Source of the DNA: Candidatus Anderseniibacteriota bacterium
Lineage (GTDB): Bacteria > Patescibacteriota > Andersenbacteria > UBA10190
NCBI GenBank assembly: GCA_021414205.1
Contig: JAIOOW010000002.1
Span: 340,171-404,170 of the forward strand
DNA length: 64,000 nucleotides
Direction of reading: 5' to 3'
A program made the translations under genes and the position numbers. Below, piece by piece: positions 9,739 through 19,850 of the stretch; within the stretch, counting starts at the first letter, position 1; the number at the start of each line of letters is the position of its first letter. Below the pieces are notes generated by a model. That model saw only the letters and a program-made list of their open reading frames with translations, ran no database searches and was not told where the DNA came from.

Positions 9739-10944
9739 ATGAATATATATTATAGTTCCCTTGTGATTTCTCTCACCAAATCCACTTTTTATAATGACGT
9801 AGATACGGCTCAGAAGTTATCTTCGTTCGTACTCTCGGCTAAGCAGCTAAGTTTTGGAGAGCAGTGTAATAAGTTCGAAGAACAGTTTGCACAATATCAG
9901 GGTCGAAAGCATTGTGTTTTAATGAACAGTGGTAGTTCTGCAAATCTTGCCCTCATTCAAGCGTTACGCAATATAGGAAAAATCAAGTTGAACGATACGA
10001 TTGGATTTTCTGCTGTGACCTGGTCCACAAATGTCATGCCCATAATTCAGCTTGGACTTGCAGCTGTACCGATCGATATTGAGCTTGATACATTGAATAT
10101 TTCACCCCAGACGATTCGCAAGGTATTGGAAACTACCTCTCTGAAGGCTATTTTTTTAACGCATTTGCTGGGATTTTGTGACGACCTCCAAGGTATTCGA
10201 GAACTGTGTGCCCAAGAAAAAATATTACTTATTGAGGATACTTGTGAGGCTTTGGGGTCAGTCTATCATGGGAACAAGTTGGGGAATTTTGGAATTGCTA
10301 GCACATTCTCTTTTTATGTGGGTCATCATTTGTCAACAATTGAAGGAGGGGCCGTATGTACTGATGATGATGAATTAGCGACTATGCTTCGTATAGTTCG
10401 AGCCCATGGCTGGGATCGTAATCTGCCTTCTGCTGAACAGAGTGCTATCCGTCAGCAACACAGTCTTAACTCTATCTTTGAATCAAGGTATACATTTTAT
10501 GATTTGGGATTCAATCTTCGTCCAACGGAAATAACGGGGTATCTCGGTACGATTCAGTTGCCCTATATTCACGAAATTATTCAAAAGCGTAATCAGAATT
10601 TTATTCGCTTGGCACCAGCAATCTATGAACAAACAGATAAGTATTATCCGTTGCACTATGACCACATTGACTTGGTATCAAATTTTGCAATTCCAATAGT
10701 TTGCAGAACTCGTAAACAGCGCGACTTATTGGTGTCTGCATGCAACGAGCGAATTGAAATTAGGCCTATTGTTGGTGGAAATATTGCTTCTCAACCGTTT
10801 TTCTGCAAATATGTGCCGGAATTTTCTCAATCATTCAAAAACTCGAATGCTTCTATCATACATGATCAAGGTTTATATTTCGGCAATAACCCGCTTTTGA
10901 CTGAAATAGAGCTTCAGGAATTACATCAAGTTTTTGCAGGATAA
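9739..10944 (+). CDS. DegT/DnrJ/EryC1/StrS-fold sugar 3-dehydratase (E1/DdhC-RfbH or ColD type), PLP-Lys replaced by His
   Basis: Fold-type I aminotransferase motifs are present, but the Schiff-base Lys position reads SFYVGHHLSTIEGG (compare RfbH SFYPAHHITMGEGG). Start chosen at MNIYYSS. Confidence 0.65.
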   Translation: MNIYYSSLVISLTKSTFYNDVDTAQKLSSFVLSAKQLSFGEQCNKFEEQFAQYQGRKHCVLMNSGSSANLALIQALRNIGKIKLNDTIGFSAVTWSTNVMPIIQLGLAAVPIDIELDTLNISPQTIRKVLETTSLKAIFLTHLLGFCDDLQGIRELCAQEKILLIEDTCEALGSVYHGNKLGNFGIASTFSFYVGHHLSTIEGGAVCTDDDELATMLRIVRAHGWDRNLPSAEQSAIRQQHSLNSIFESRYTFYDLGFNLRPTEITGYLGTIQLPYIHEIIQKRNQNFIRLAPAIYEQTDKYYPLHYDHIDLVSNFAIPIVCRTRKQRDLLVSACNERIEIRPIVGGNIASQPFFCKYVPEFSQSFKNSNASIIHDQGLYFGNNPLLTEIELQELHQVFAG

Positions 10945-10961
10945 AAAAATCTTTTTAAAAA

Positions 10962-12089
10962 TTATGCATGATATTCTAAAAACTGAAACGCAGCTCTATA
11001 GATGTCTTTGAACAAGTTTGCTTTGCGTAATCGCTCTACTCCTTCCATATACTCTGTATAATTTTTTTGCACATCTTTCAGCCCCTTTACGAATCCCAGC
11101 TGTGTATATGGGACTACAACTCCTGCCTTATTTGCGGTTATTTCTGTGTGCATAAGCGAGACTCTTGTCATGATGACCGGAATCCCAAGCTGTATATATA
11201 ACTTAATTTTACCGGGATCTGTAAATTCTGTGTAATCCAACGGCTTGCTTTCATATAGCGCAACGGAAACTTCCCATTTTTTTGTTATACTGTGGAGTTC
11301 TTTATCTGGTACAAAACCAAAAAACGATACTCTATTCGATAAACGGTGCAATGCTGTATATTCTTCAAGCGATGAACGAAGAGATCCATTACCAATGATA
11401 TCTAAATAGATATTTTCATTCTCTTGTAGAATCTTAAGTAACAGAAAAAGTCCTTTGCCCTCCGTAAGAGTTCCTATGTATCCGATCCTGTTTTTTTGCG
11501 GATACCGACGTGGTCGCACATCTCGTATGCCGAATGGAACTATTTTTCTTATCAAGGACTGTTTTTTTGTGCTTGTTGGATGTAGCTGCTTGAGAGTAGG
11601 AGATAAGTAGAGAACGATGCCGAGTCGTCGATTATAAAAATTTACTAATGCATGATATATAAACATAAAACCAGTTTCATTGGGGAAATAGTCGAATATC
11701 CAGAATATATATTGATTATTTAAAAAGAAAGCTATCCAAGAATAGAATAATAGGAATAATGGATAAGAGACGATAATTGAAGTATCTCGTATGTTATAAG
11801 TGGATAGAAAAACGAGATAATAGTAATAGTAGTAGAAATGAATAATTATTTTATTGTTGCCTTTATATCCCCACACCTCTTTCTCATCTACAAGAATGCC
11901 ATTTGTATAATGCTTAAAGATTGTCGGTCTATTTTCGTATCCAGGCGGCATCAGATATAGATAAAAGTGACTAGAGTGTTGAGAGAAGTACTCCACAACA
12001 TTTCCAGTGTCCTGGCATTGATAATGCGCTATATATGCAATTCGTTTATATAGAGACATTCTGTGTATATTCTTTACGCTTGAGGTCAT
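10962..12089 (-). CDS. Glycosyltransferase family 4 (GT-B), with atypical hydrophobic N-terminal half
   Basis: C-terminal glycos_transf_1-like segment (IGYIGTLTEGKG...DIIGNGSLRSSLEEY...GFVPDKEL); N-terminal region is Tyr/Phe-rich. Confidence 0.5.
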   Translation of the reverse strand: MTSSVKNIHRMSLYKRIAYIAHYQCQDTGNVVEYFSQHSSHFYLYLMPPGYENRPTIFKHYTNGILVDEKEVWGYKGNNKIIIHFYYYYYYLVFLSTYNIRDTSIIVSYPLFLLFYSWIAFFLNNQYIFWIFDYFPNETGFMFIYHALVNFYNRRLGIVLYLSPTLKQLHPTSTKKQSLIRKIVPFGIRDVRPRRYPQKNRIGYIGTLTEGKGLFLLLKILQENENIYLDIIGNGSLRSSLEEYTALHRLSNRVSFFGFVPDKELHSITKKWEVSVALYESKPLDYTEFTDPGKIKLYIQLGIPVIMTRVSLMHTEITANKAGVVVPYTQLGFVKGLKDVQKNYTEYMEGVERLRKANLFKDIYRAAFQFLEYHA

Positions 12090-12301
12090 AGTGTGAGCGT
12101 GTGCTCGAACATAGGTTACGAGATAAGGGTAATGGAAAAGGTATTAATAAGACAATGATTTCGATATCAAATCGAGTCCGATGTCCGACAGGTATCCTCT
12201 ATCTACAAGAACCGATAGCAGTAGAGGAAGCAAGAACCTGGTTTACATAAAAAGAACCCCCTTATTTAATCTCGCTAGGGGTCGTTGCGAGCTGCTTGAA
12301 A

Positions 12302-12703
12302 CTACTGACTTTCCCTTACTTCGTAGCAGAGAAACTTAACTGATAAGAACTCCTCACCCGAACAGGCAGAAGAGGCAAATCGATGATGTTGGGTTGCGTT
12401 CGGAAGAACATTCTTATTTTCATCCAAAAGCCCGACGAGTTCGATGCGTATTGCACAAACAGCACATAAGGCTGCAGCCAATAGCTTAAAAATAGATCCC
12501 TCTTGAAACATTGCAGTGTCCTGATCTTCGAATATTACCAACACCTCGGCAGTAGGATGGTCATCGTTCCTGATCAAGACCCGGCTTCCTTTCGGAATAT
12601 AAATCCGATCTCCTGGCTGCAGCCTTTTGAAAAAAGCGACAACCTCCTGAAATTTTTCTTCTTCTCTCCTTAACACTTCCGCTGGACCGAACTCTTCCAT
12701 CAT
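12302..12703 (-). CDS. Hypothetical protein
   Basis: 133-aa ORF; no family recognised. Confidence 0.3.
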   Translation of the reverse strand: MMEEFGPAEVLRREEEKFQEVVAFFKRLQPGDRIYIPKGSRVLIRNDDHPTAEVLVIFEDQDTAMFQEGSIFKLLAAALCAVCAIRIELVGLLDENKNVLPNATQHHRFASSACSGEEFLSVKFLCYEVRESQ

Positions 12704-12981
12704 CTTCTCCTAAAACAAGTTGGCAAACAACAAAACAACCGCCCATGGGCGGTATTACACATGTAGGTATCTACCCCGCAAGGGGCTGGAGGTTGCACCG
12801 TGCCCATTAAGTGGGCTGGTTGCAGGAGTATTTATAGCGGGCCAGTTCCCTCATACTCTCTCTTGATACATATTCGGTTGTTATTAAGCAGAATACTCTA
12901 TCGATTGGAATGGTCAACTATGTATTGAACAACGTTTATAACCTTGGATTGGGTGAATATTGAGAAAAAACTAGAGTCTCT

Positions 12982-13224
12982 CTATGAACCCTTCTTCCCT
13001 CCCGGCCAGCAAATCGGGCACGGGCCAGCTCCCTTATAAACGTGGTTACGACTACATACTTTTTTACCCTGCTCTTTAAGCGCAGCAAGAATCGTTGGGG
13101 GCAAATCCTTTCGACAACCGCAATGCTTTAAGTGCGCTTCATGCCATTTCACTCGCTGTTCAAGCGTAGACGGCATAGCAAGCTTGTGCTTTTCATGCCA
13201 GGCTTTGTTGATTTTGTTTTTCAT
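12982..13224 (-). CDS. Small basic Cys/His-rich hypothetical protein (questionable)
   Basis: 80-aa ORF; its 3' end overlaps the GC-rich repeat region, so it may be spurious. Confidence 0.2.
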   Translation of the reverse strand: MKNKINKAWHEKHKLAMPSTLEQRVKWHEAHLKHCGCRKDLPPTILAALKEQGKKVCSRNHVYKGAGPCPICWPGGKKGS

Positions 13225-13582
13225 TTTTATTGAGCTTATAAATACCTACAGCAATCGGTAATGCGAACGTTAGAACATAATAAAGATAAACATCAAACTT
13301 GTAATATCCATCAGCAGGCTTAAGAGCTTTTACGAGAAATACATAATCAAAAACTATCGCAATTAAAGTCCAAAAAATTGCTACTAACAAATAATACCGA
13401 AAAGAATTAGACTGAACTTTTTTCAGCAACACCCAGAGCGTAATAATAATTCCAATAGGCATAATAACCCAACCAATCATGGAGGCTGGCACGAATACAA
13501 ACAGAAGAAACCCAAGAACGTATCCAATAAGCCAAAGGAGAAATCCCCAGCCTAAAGAATCTTTTAAAAATTGTTTATTCAT
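13193..13582 (-). CDS. Membrane protein (4 TM)
   Basis: Hydrophobic 129-aa ORF. Confidence 0.4.
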   Translation of the reverse strand: MNKQFLKDSLGWGFLLWLIGYVLGFLLFVFVPASMIGWVIMPIGIIITLWVLLKKVQSNSFRYYLLVAIFWTLIAIVFDYVFLVKALKPADGYYKFDVYLYYVLTFALPIAVGIYKLNKNEKQNQQSLA

Positions 13583-13678
13583 ATATTCATCCTACACCCA
13601 TTCAATAAACGCAGAAACGTTTGGTTCCGAGTGACAGAGGAAACAAGAACTCATCAGCTGCGAATTAATAGTTAGCCT

Positions 13679-14704
13679 TTATTTTATAAAAATTTTACCT
13701 TTCGTCCGTGTTACCTGATTAAAAAAGTATGTAATGACCGTATAGTCTGCCGATTTATTTAATCGAATCGGATCCGTTGCATAAATAAAATCCCCCTTAG
13801 CATTATCCTTATGCTTACCATCGTCATACATTAAATATTTTTTACCGTTAACCACTGCAACCATCTTAATAGCATCTGATCTCTGAATTTGAGCCTTGAT
13901 TCGAAATGCTTGATTAGGAGAAATATGCTGCAGCTTTCCTATAATCTCTGCAGGAGAAAAAGCCAGCGCATCATCATTATCAGATTGCGACGAGCCTCCG
14001 TTACCAGCACTAGGAGAACTAGGAGCTATCCAATGAGCAACATTTTGAGCAAACTGCCTATTATCATCCCTTCCAATATATGTATCCTCCCATGCATTAC
14101 TATCGAGCATCACAAGAACATTCTGATTGGTTCCCCAGAGAGTAGCGACGGCATCAAAAAACAGACTAGTACCTCCCGTTGCCGTCCAACCTGCGATTGG
14201 TTGAATAGTTGCTATCGATTGTGTGAGCTGATGGCTATAGGTTGTGCTAATTGACCCACTAGAAGATACTCCCATGTTGCCACCAACAATACTCAAAATG
14301 GAGTTATCCCATGTGGTCCAATTATCATTTTCACCCACCAACACCACTCGCTTGCCCGTGTTAATAAATGAAGTAATTTTACTAATTTCATTAGCGGATA
14401 ACGAGCTACCAGGCTGACTACTAAAATTACCCAGATCAACCCAAATCGCATCGTAATCAGTAAGCGTTGCTGATTCAAAATTACTAACAGTCGTAATATT
14501 AGCACTACCACCAAAAGCGGAATTCAATATATCGGTCATAATAGGCCAACTCGACCTGCCATATCCTAATCCCTCCCCCACATACGCACCCTGACGCACT
14601 AATAACGTAGAAGCATGTGCAGACGAAGGTAACACTAGAACAAGAAAACTAAATGCCACTAGCAACAGGAACAATTGATGCCCACTATATTTCATACACT
14701 GCAT
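13679..14704 (-). CDS. Secreted protein with GldG/DUF4350-like (class I glutamine-amidotransferase-like fold) domain
   Basis: Signal peptide, then YDAIWVDLGNFSS...GKRVVLVGENDNW pattern. Confidence 0.4.
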   Translation of the reverse strand: MQCMKYSGHQLFLLLVAFSFLVLVLPSSAHASTLLVRQGAYVGEGLGYGRSSWPIMTDILNSAFGGSANITTVSNFESATLTDYDAIWVDLGNFSSQPGSSLSANEISKITSFINTGKRVVLVGENDNWTTWDNSILSIVGGNMGVSSSGSISTTYSHQLTQSIATIQPIAGWTATGGTSLFFDAVATLWGTNQNVLVMLDSNAWEDTYIGRDDNRQFAQNVAHWIAPSSPSAGNGGSSQSDNDDALAFSPAEIIGKLQHISPNQAFRIKAQIQRSDAIKMVAVVNGKKYLMYDDGKHKDNAKGDFIYATDPIRLNKSADYTVITYFFNQVTRTKGKIFIK

Positions 14705-14870
14705 TATATCACAAAAGTTAATTCGGAAATTCTTCTACCAGGGATCAGTAGTTCACAATAATTCGATCAAGCACCAGAAACGCTTTATTCACTACGAAAT
14801 ATATAAAGAAAAAACCGCCCCCATACATGGTTGCGGCTATACGAAACTTCAACTCTGCTCCACAAGGATT

Positions 14871-15494
14871 TCACGCTAGATCAAGGTTGCCCCTTGCTCG
14901 CGTCACATCAAGTGCGACTTCACGATCCGCCCAGCGAGCGATTACGCCAGTAGTAATCACTCCCCCAAAAACGGCGAGAATGACGAGCAGAATTACGAGC
15001 AAGCCCATCTGCGCCCCTTTGTTGTCATCATCGTCATCATCGCTTGTTGAAGAAAAAGCACTCATCACTTCCTTCAGAAATCCCGGAGCGTGACTCGCGG
15101 CTTCCCACGTGTTTGAAACTTGGGCATAGGTATTCCATGCAGCAACAGCAACGTCGCTCAAATTTCGGCGCCGGTATGCGACGACGATACTATGGGCCCA
15201 GATAGCCAACCCACTTCCGAGAACTGGACCAATAATCACCAAGTACCCAAGCTTGAACATTACCTCGCCCCAATGAGGCGTAAGCCATTCACACGAAACG
15301 GCGATCATCGTAAGAATGGTGAGATAGACCCAGGTGAATCCGCAGGCGGACATTACAAGCCCGCACCACACCATGAACCGAGAAAATCCGCCGATGATCT
15401 TCGTCTCCGTCAGATACGCCCCGGAGCTGTAGGCATTCCAGAAACTGATTCCGAAATTGAGACCCAAAAACAGAAACAGCATGAGATAATTCAT
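14871..15494 (-). CDS. Membrane protein with internal poly-Asp tract
   Basis: Several TM helices and a DDDDDD run (SSTSDDDDDDNKG). Confidence 0.4.
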   Translation of the reverse strand: MNYLMLFLFLGLNFGISFWNAYSSGAYLTETKIIGGFSRFMVWCGLVMSACGFTWVYLTILTMIAVSCEWLTPHWGEVMFKLGYLVIIGPVLGSGLAIWAHSIVVAYRRRNLSDVAVAAWNTYAQVSNTWEAASHAPGFLKEVMSAFSSTSDDDDDDNKGAQMGLLVILLVILAVFGGVITTGVIARWADREVALDVTRARGNLDLA

Positions 15495-15592
15495 TCTTTC
15501 TTCTCCCCTAGATTGGAAGGTGCTCTACTAACTTCGCCAATCGAAGCACCTGCATTATTTTATATAAATATAAAAATGTCAAGTTATCCGCA

Positions 15593-16117
15593 TCAACGGA
15601 AATAAGAACCTATGTATTTATTCCCAGTAGCTACAAGAATCCGCTCAACGATCTGTTCTAAGCTAAGGTTTTCTGCAATACTTTCTTCTTGCACAAAATT
15701 AAGAAGGTCATTTTCTTTGTACCATCTCCTCAATTCTTTCTCGCCAAATTCATCTTTATTTGGTTTATATTGATGACGACGAATCGTTTCTTCTAGCGAG
15801 ATATTGAAGTAAAAGAAATAGTTATTGTTAGGATGTTCTGCAATAATCTCTTTGAGCATTTCACCATATCGATCGCTATCAAAAATACCTTCCATGATTA
15901 CGTTATAGGAATTATCTAACAGAAAAAGCGTAGTCTTCTTTATGAGTTCAATATTGAGGCCATTGGGAATATCTTTTTCCTTCAAAACTATCCGCCTTAG
16001 ATAATCTTGTTCAACAATTGCTGTTTTTTGTTTTTGAGCATCGCGAACAGCGCGAGCCGCAGAGCTTTTTCCAGAGCCAGAAGGCCCTCTCAAGACAATG
16101 AGCTTCGTTTCTTCCAT
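15593..16117 (-). CDS. P-loop kinase (AAA_33/zeta-toxin-like fold)
   Basis: Walker A LRGPSGSGKSS immediately after the chosen start MEETKLIV. Confidence 0.5.
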   Translation of the reverse strand: MEETKLIVLRGPSGSGKSSAARAVRDAQKQKTAIVEQDYLRRIVLKEKDIPNGLNIELIKKTTLFLLDNSYNVIMEGIFDSDRYGEMLKEIIAEHPNNNYFFYFNISLEETIRRHQYKPNKDEFGEKELRRWYKENDLLNFVQEESIAENLSLEQIVERILVATGNKYIGSYFR

Positions 16118-16200
16118 ATAAATACGATAACATCCATACAAGCAAACACCAGGAACGCTAGAAACGTTTTGCTTACACCTTGCGCTTATGAATTACAAAA

Positions 16201-16968
16201 TCACTTCAACCTAAATTGATCTATAAGGTTATTGGCGTCATCAAATAATTGTGCATTTTTTAAACTAAAACGCTTTTTCCACTCTCTATTATTTTTAGTA
16301 AAAGAAAAAGTCAACCCGAGCTCACCAGGATGAGAGGTAACTTGGACATTTGCGATATCAGATTTTTCTATATCAGACACAACCCTTTCTATGCATCTAA
16401 TTATTGCTTCTCGCCAAAAAGCGTAAGAGAAAATTTCCGCTCCTTCGTCGTTATACAATATTTCCTCTTCCCTAATATTACCAGGGCCCAATTGAGGAAG
16501 ATACGTAGTAAGAGTTTCTCCTCTTAGATCTGATCTAAGAAATATTTGCGCCGTTTTTTCTACATTGCGTTTTCCTAATTTTAAATAAAATACGATATCA
16601 TATAGCTGACCATCACTTGCCCAAGCCTTGGCATAGTTTTTTGCATATTGATAAATATTTTTTAACTCTTTTTGGGTCGGAACACTGTTAATGAGTTTTT
16701 TTTCTCTATTGATGATTTGATTTTCCTGCTTCGTTTCCACGCTCGCTTGAGCACTTATCCTTAATAGCTCCGTTTTAATTTCCGGTACAATTTTTTTAAA
16801 CTGAAAGATAAGCGCTATTAAGGGAAAGCATCCTAGAATAATTCGTATCAATATTGGTAACCCAGAAAACCAGGCCCATAGAGAATATAAAATTCCGAGC
16901 CAAAATCCAATAGTTGGCCCATTTTGATAGACAAATGAAAACATAAACTTTGATCTTTTCATCGCCAT
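16201..16968 (-). CDS. Membrane-anchored hypothetical protein
   Basis: N-terminal TM helices, then a soluble 180-aa domain. Confidence 0.4.
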   Translation of the reverse strand: MAMKRSKFMFSFVYQNGPTIGFWLGILYSLWAWFSGLPILIRIILGCFPLIALIFQFKKIVPEIKTELLRISAQASVETKQENQIINREKKLINSVPTQKELKNIYQYAKNYAKAWASDGQLYDIVFYLKLGKRNVEKTAQIFLRSDLRGETLTTYLPQLGPGNIREEEILYNDEGAEIFSYAFWREAIIRCIERVVSDIEKSDIANVQVTSHPGELGLTFSFTKNNREWKKRFSLKNAQLFDDANNLIDQFRLK

Positions 16969-17107
16969 TGCTCCGAGAACAGGAAGAGTACCGAACCAGA
17001 ATAATGGCTATGAAGAAGCCAATTTGGACAAAAGAAAAAGCGAAGTAATCATTTACCCCACAGTCTTACTCACTATATTTTTTCACTAATAGATATGGAG
17101 AAATAAA

Positions 17108-17410
17108 CTATTCTTCCCACTTCCATCCTCGCAGTTCGTAGTATTTTTTACGTGGCGTTGCCTTAAATGGGTCAATACCATTTTTTCGGCAAATCGTTAT
17201 ATGGACTGTTGTGCCAAGCACTCCAATAAATAACGGGAAAACAAGGGCAAAGTGACCTACAAGGTAAAAGAGACCAATAGTTACAGAGTCAAGCGTGAGC
17301 CACTTCAACACTTTTCTTACTACGGACGTTTCAATCTCAAAACGCGCAAAAAACTGACTTGCTAAGAGCTGTAGTACAAGTAAAAACCCCAATTCTAGTT
17401 CAATGCCCAT
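17108..17410 (-). CDS. Small membrane protein
   Basis: Start trimmed to the internal Met to avoid overlap with the ATPase gene. Confidence 0.3.
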   Translation of the reverse strand: MGIELELGFLLVLQLLASQFFARFEIETSVVRKVLKWLTLDSVTIGLFYLVGHFALVFPLFIGVLGTTVHITICRKNGIDPFKATPRKKYYELRGWKWEE

Positions 17411-17430
17411 AGAGCCAAGTATATTACTGC

Positions 17431-19293
17431 CTACCCAAACAACCGCAGGCCATTCAAAATAACTACAAGCGCCAGACCCGAATCTGAAGCAATCGCCCAC
17501 TCCAAGTGAGTGTAACCAAATAGAGCTAACACAACGAAGATAGCTTTCACAGTCAGGGCTAGAGTTACATTCTGCTTAACAGTCGTAAGCGTTCTTCTGC
17601 CTAACCGAATAGCATACGGCACTTCGGAAAGATTATCATGCATCAAAGCTACGTCAGCCGTTTCAATAGCCGTATCTGAACCGCTCGCACCCATAGCAAT
17701 GCCCACATCCGCCGCTACTAATGAGGGTGCATCATTAACTCCATCGCCTACCATAGCCACTGCGCCAAATTCTTGTTTAAGCGCCTTAATTTTATCCACC
17801 TTTTGTTCTGGTAACAAAGCAGCAAAGAATCTTTTAATGCCTACTTGCTCCGCCACGCCAGCGGCTACATGAGCATTATCGCCTGTCAGCATGACGGGTT
17901 GAAGACCTAACTCTTGCAGAGTAGCCACGGTTGGCTGGGCCTCTTCTCGTAATTGGTCGGCAATACCTATAGCACCCATAACTTTGTTACCCTGACTCAC
18001 CAAGACCACAGTCTTGCCTTCTTTCTCTAAATGTTCAGCTTTTGCTAATACCTCATCAGTTGTCACCCCATTGGCGTGAATAAACTTTAAGTTACCAACA
18101 CAATGTTCCAAGTTATCACAAACCAGACAGACAGCCTTATTACCCTTGCCAGCCACGTTCTGGTAGTCCTTCATCACATGAGGCTTAATGCCTAGCTTTT
18201 GAGCGTGTGCAACAATACTTTTTGAAAGTGGATGAGAGGATAACTGTTCAATACCACAAGCATCGGCCAAAACATCTTCTTTACTAAAGCCATTGAAGGT
18301 AATGATGTCAGCAATGTAAGGTTCACCTTTGGTAAGCGTGCGGGTTTTATCAAACGCCACCGCTTTGACCTTACCCAACAATTCCAAGTATTTGCCACCC
18401 TTAATGAGCACACCGCGTTTAGAAGCACCCCCCAATGCCGAGGCAATGGAAACTGGTGTGGAGATGACTAAGGCGCAGGGACACGCAATAACAAGTAGTG
18501 TGAGGGCACGGTACAACCAAGGAACAAAGGGAGTGTGAAAGACTAGTGGTGGAATCAGACTAAGGGCAATGGCAAGTAGGACAACCAAGGGTGTGTAATA
18601 GCGCGCGAAGCTATCAATGAAAGCTTGGGCTGGGGCACGGGATTTTTGGGCTTGTTCCACCAGGTTAATAATCTTAGTGAAGGTAGATTCTGACGATGAC
18701 TTAGTTACCTTAATTTCCAGATAACCATTTTGGTTAAGCGTACCCGCAAACACAGTACCACCTTCCCGTTTGTCTTTCGGCAGAGGCTCACCTGTAATAG
18801 TGGCTTCATCCACTAAAGAAGAGCCACTAACAACAATGCCATCGAGAGGAATAAGGTCTCCAGCTTTAGCAATAACAATACTACCCACCTTTACTTGTTC
18901 AACGGGCAGTGTTTTACCCTCTTTGAGCGTGGCTGTTTGTGGAGATTTCTTTACCAATGTTTCTAAGGCACGTCGGGCGCGGTCCACGCCATAGACTTCA
19001 AACAGTTCAGCCAAGGAGAAAAAGAATACGACCGCAGCCGCTTCCGCCAGTTGGTCAATGAATAGAGCGCCGAGCGCGGCAATAGCCACCAAAAAATTGA
19101 TGTTGAGAAAATGCTTCTTGAAAAGGCCACGAACGGCATCTTGAAACACAAAATATCCGCCACCAAAGATAGCAAGGAGATAGAATGTCATGCTGATATA
19201 TGGCGGCTGATGTAGCCAACGGGCAGTAAAAGCTACAGCTATACTAATAGCAGAAAGAAGAGTGAGAAGTTTTTTTAGATTTTTTGAAGTCAT
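17431..19293 (-). CDS. Heavy-metal-translocating P1B-type ATPase lacking N-terminal metal-binding domain; variant DKTRT phosphorylation motif
   Basis: CPC motif in TM6 ([11 protein letters not shown]), GDGVNDAP hinge, and phosphorylation loop FDKTRTLT (canonical DKTGT). No HMA domain at the N-terminus. Confidence 0.8.
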   Translation of the reverse strand: MTSKNLKKLLTLLSAISIAVAFTARWLHQPPYISMTFYLLAIFGGGYFVFQDAVRGLFKKHFLNINFLVAIAALGALFIDQLAEAAAVVFFFSLAELFEVYGVDRARRALETLVKKSPQTATLKEGKTLPVEQVKVGSIVIAKAGDLIPLDGIVVSGSSLVDEATITGEPLPKDKREGGTVFAGTLNQNGYLEIKVTKSSSESTFTKIINLVEQAQKSRAPAQAFIDSFARYYTPLVVLLAIALSLIPPLVFHTPFVPWLYRALTLLVIACPCALVISTPVSIASALGGASKRGVLIKGGKYLELLGKVKAVAFDKTRTLTKGEPYIADIITFNGFSKEDVLADACGIEQLSSHPLSKSIVAHAQKLGIKPHVMKDYQNVAGKGNKAVCLVCDNLEHCVGNLKFIHANGVTTDEVLAKAEHLEKEGKTVVLVSQGNKVMGAIGIADQLREEAQPTVATLQELGLQPVMLTGDNAHVAAGVAEQVGIKRFFAALLPEQKVDKIKALKQEFGAVAMVGDGVNDAPSLVAADVGIAMGASGSDTAIETADVALMHDNLSEVPYAIRLGRRTLTTVKQNVTLALTVKAIFVVLALFGYTHLEWAIASDSGLALVVILNGLRLFG

Positions 19294-19447
19294 GGAGATA
19301 TATTAACTCTAAAGTATCATAACCAGGAAAAGATAAGGTAACTTACCCCACCCTAGTACTCACCGTTTACTTTGATAAAATCCTCCTATAACCAACGAGG
19401 AGGGTTTCGTGTCCAGGCATAGGGACCAGTTATTACGAGCTGATGAA

Positions 19448-19837
19448 TCAGCTTTTAAATTCAACCTCAAACGGATACATCCCCATCCCGCACGTTCCTT
19501 GTAGGGTGGCAATTTTCTGACTGCCAATATCAATATCCGTTGACCCTGTTTGCGGGAGTGTTTTAGTTATATTCATACTAGGAACCCTCACAGAAGCAGA
19601 ACAGTCAAAGGTCCCATTTGTGTCAAAGCGAAGAATCGTAGGAATGCCGGCTTGCGCCACGCTCTTTCTTGGCTGATACCCTGCTTTGGCATTTATTTCT
19701 ACAATCTGCTTGCCATCAACAATCGTTACATTACTCATGTTGCCTGCTGGAATAGACTCACTTTTATTCTTTGTAAGTATCACTGTGCCTGCGATGAGAA
19801 TGCCTGCCACGATAATTGATGCGATAATTGCTTTCAT
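19448..19837 (-). CDS. Membrane-anchored small protein with Cys/Met-rich C-terminus (possible metal-binding)
   Basis: N-terminal TM helix, beta-rich body ending ...LQGTCGMGMYPFEVEFKS; it is the last gene of the cop operon. Confidence 0.4.
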   Translation of the reverse strand: MKAIIASIIVAGILIAGTVILTKNKSESIPAGNMSNVTIVDGKQIVEINAKAGYQPRKSVAQAGIPTILRFDTNGTFDCSASVRVPSMNITKTLPQTGSTDIDIGSQKIATLQGTCGMGMYPFEVEFKS

Positions 19838-19850
19838 AAATGTAAGTATA

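Noticed and set aside
9706-12245. 11-bp direct repeat gcaagaacctg(g)ttt flanking the dehydratase + GT4 cassette (around 9711 and 12229)
   Set aside because: Hundreds of 11-mer matches are expected by chance in 64 kb, and no extended similarity surrounds them. Not credible as att or target-site duplication without more evidence.
12982-13224. 80-aa Cys/His-rich ORF as a possible HNH or zinc-finger gene
   Set aside because: No complete HNH motif is present. The 3' end coincides with a GC-rich repeat copy, so it is kept only as a low-confidence feature.
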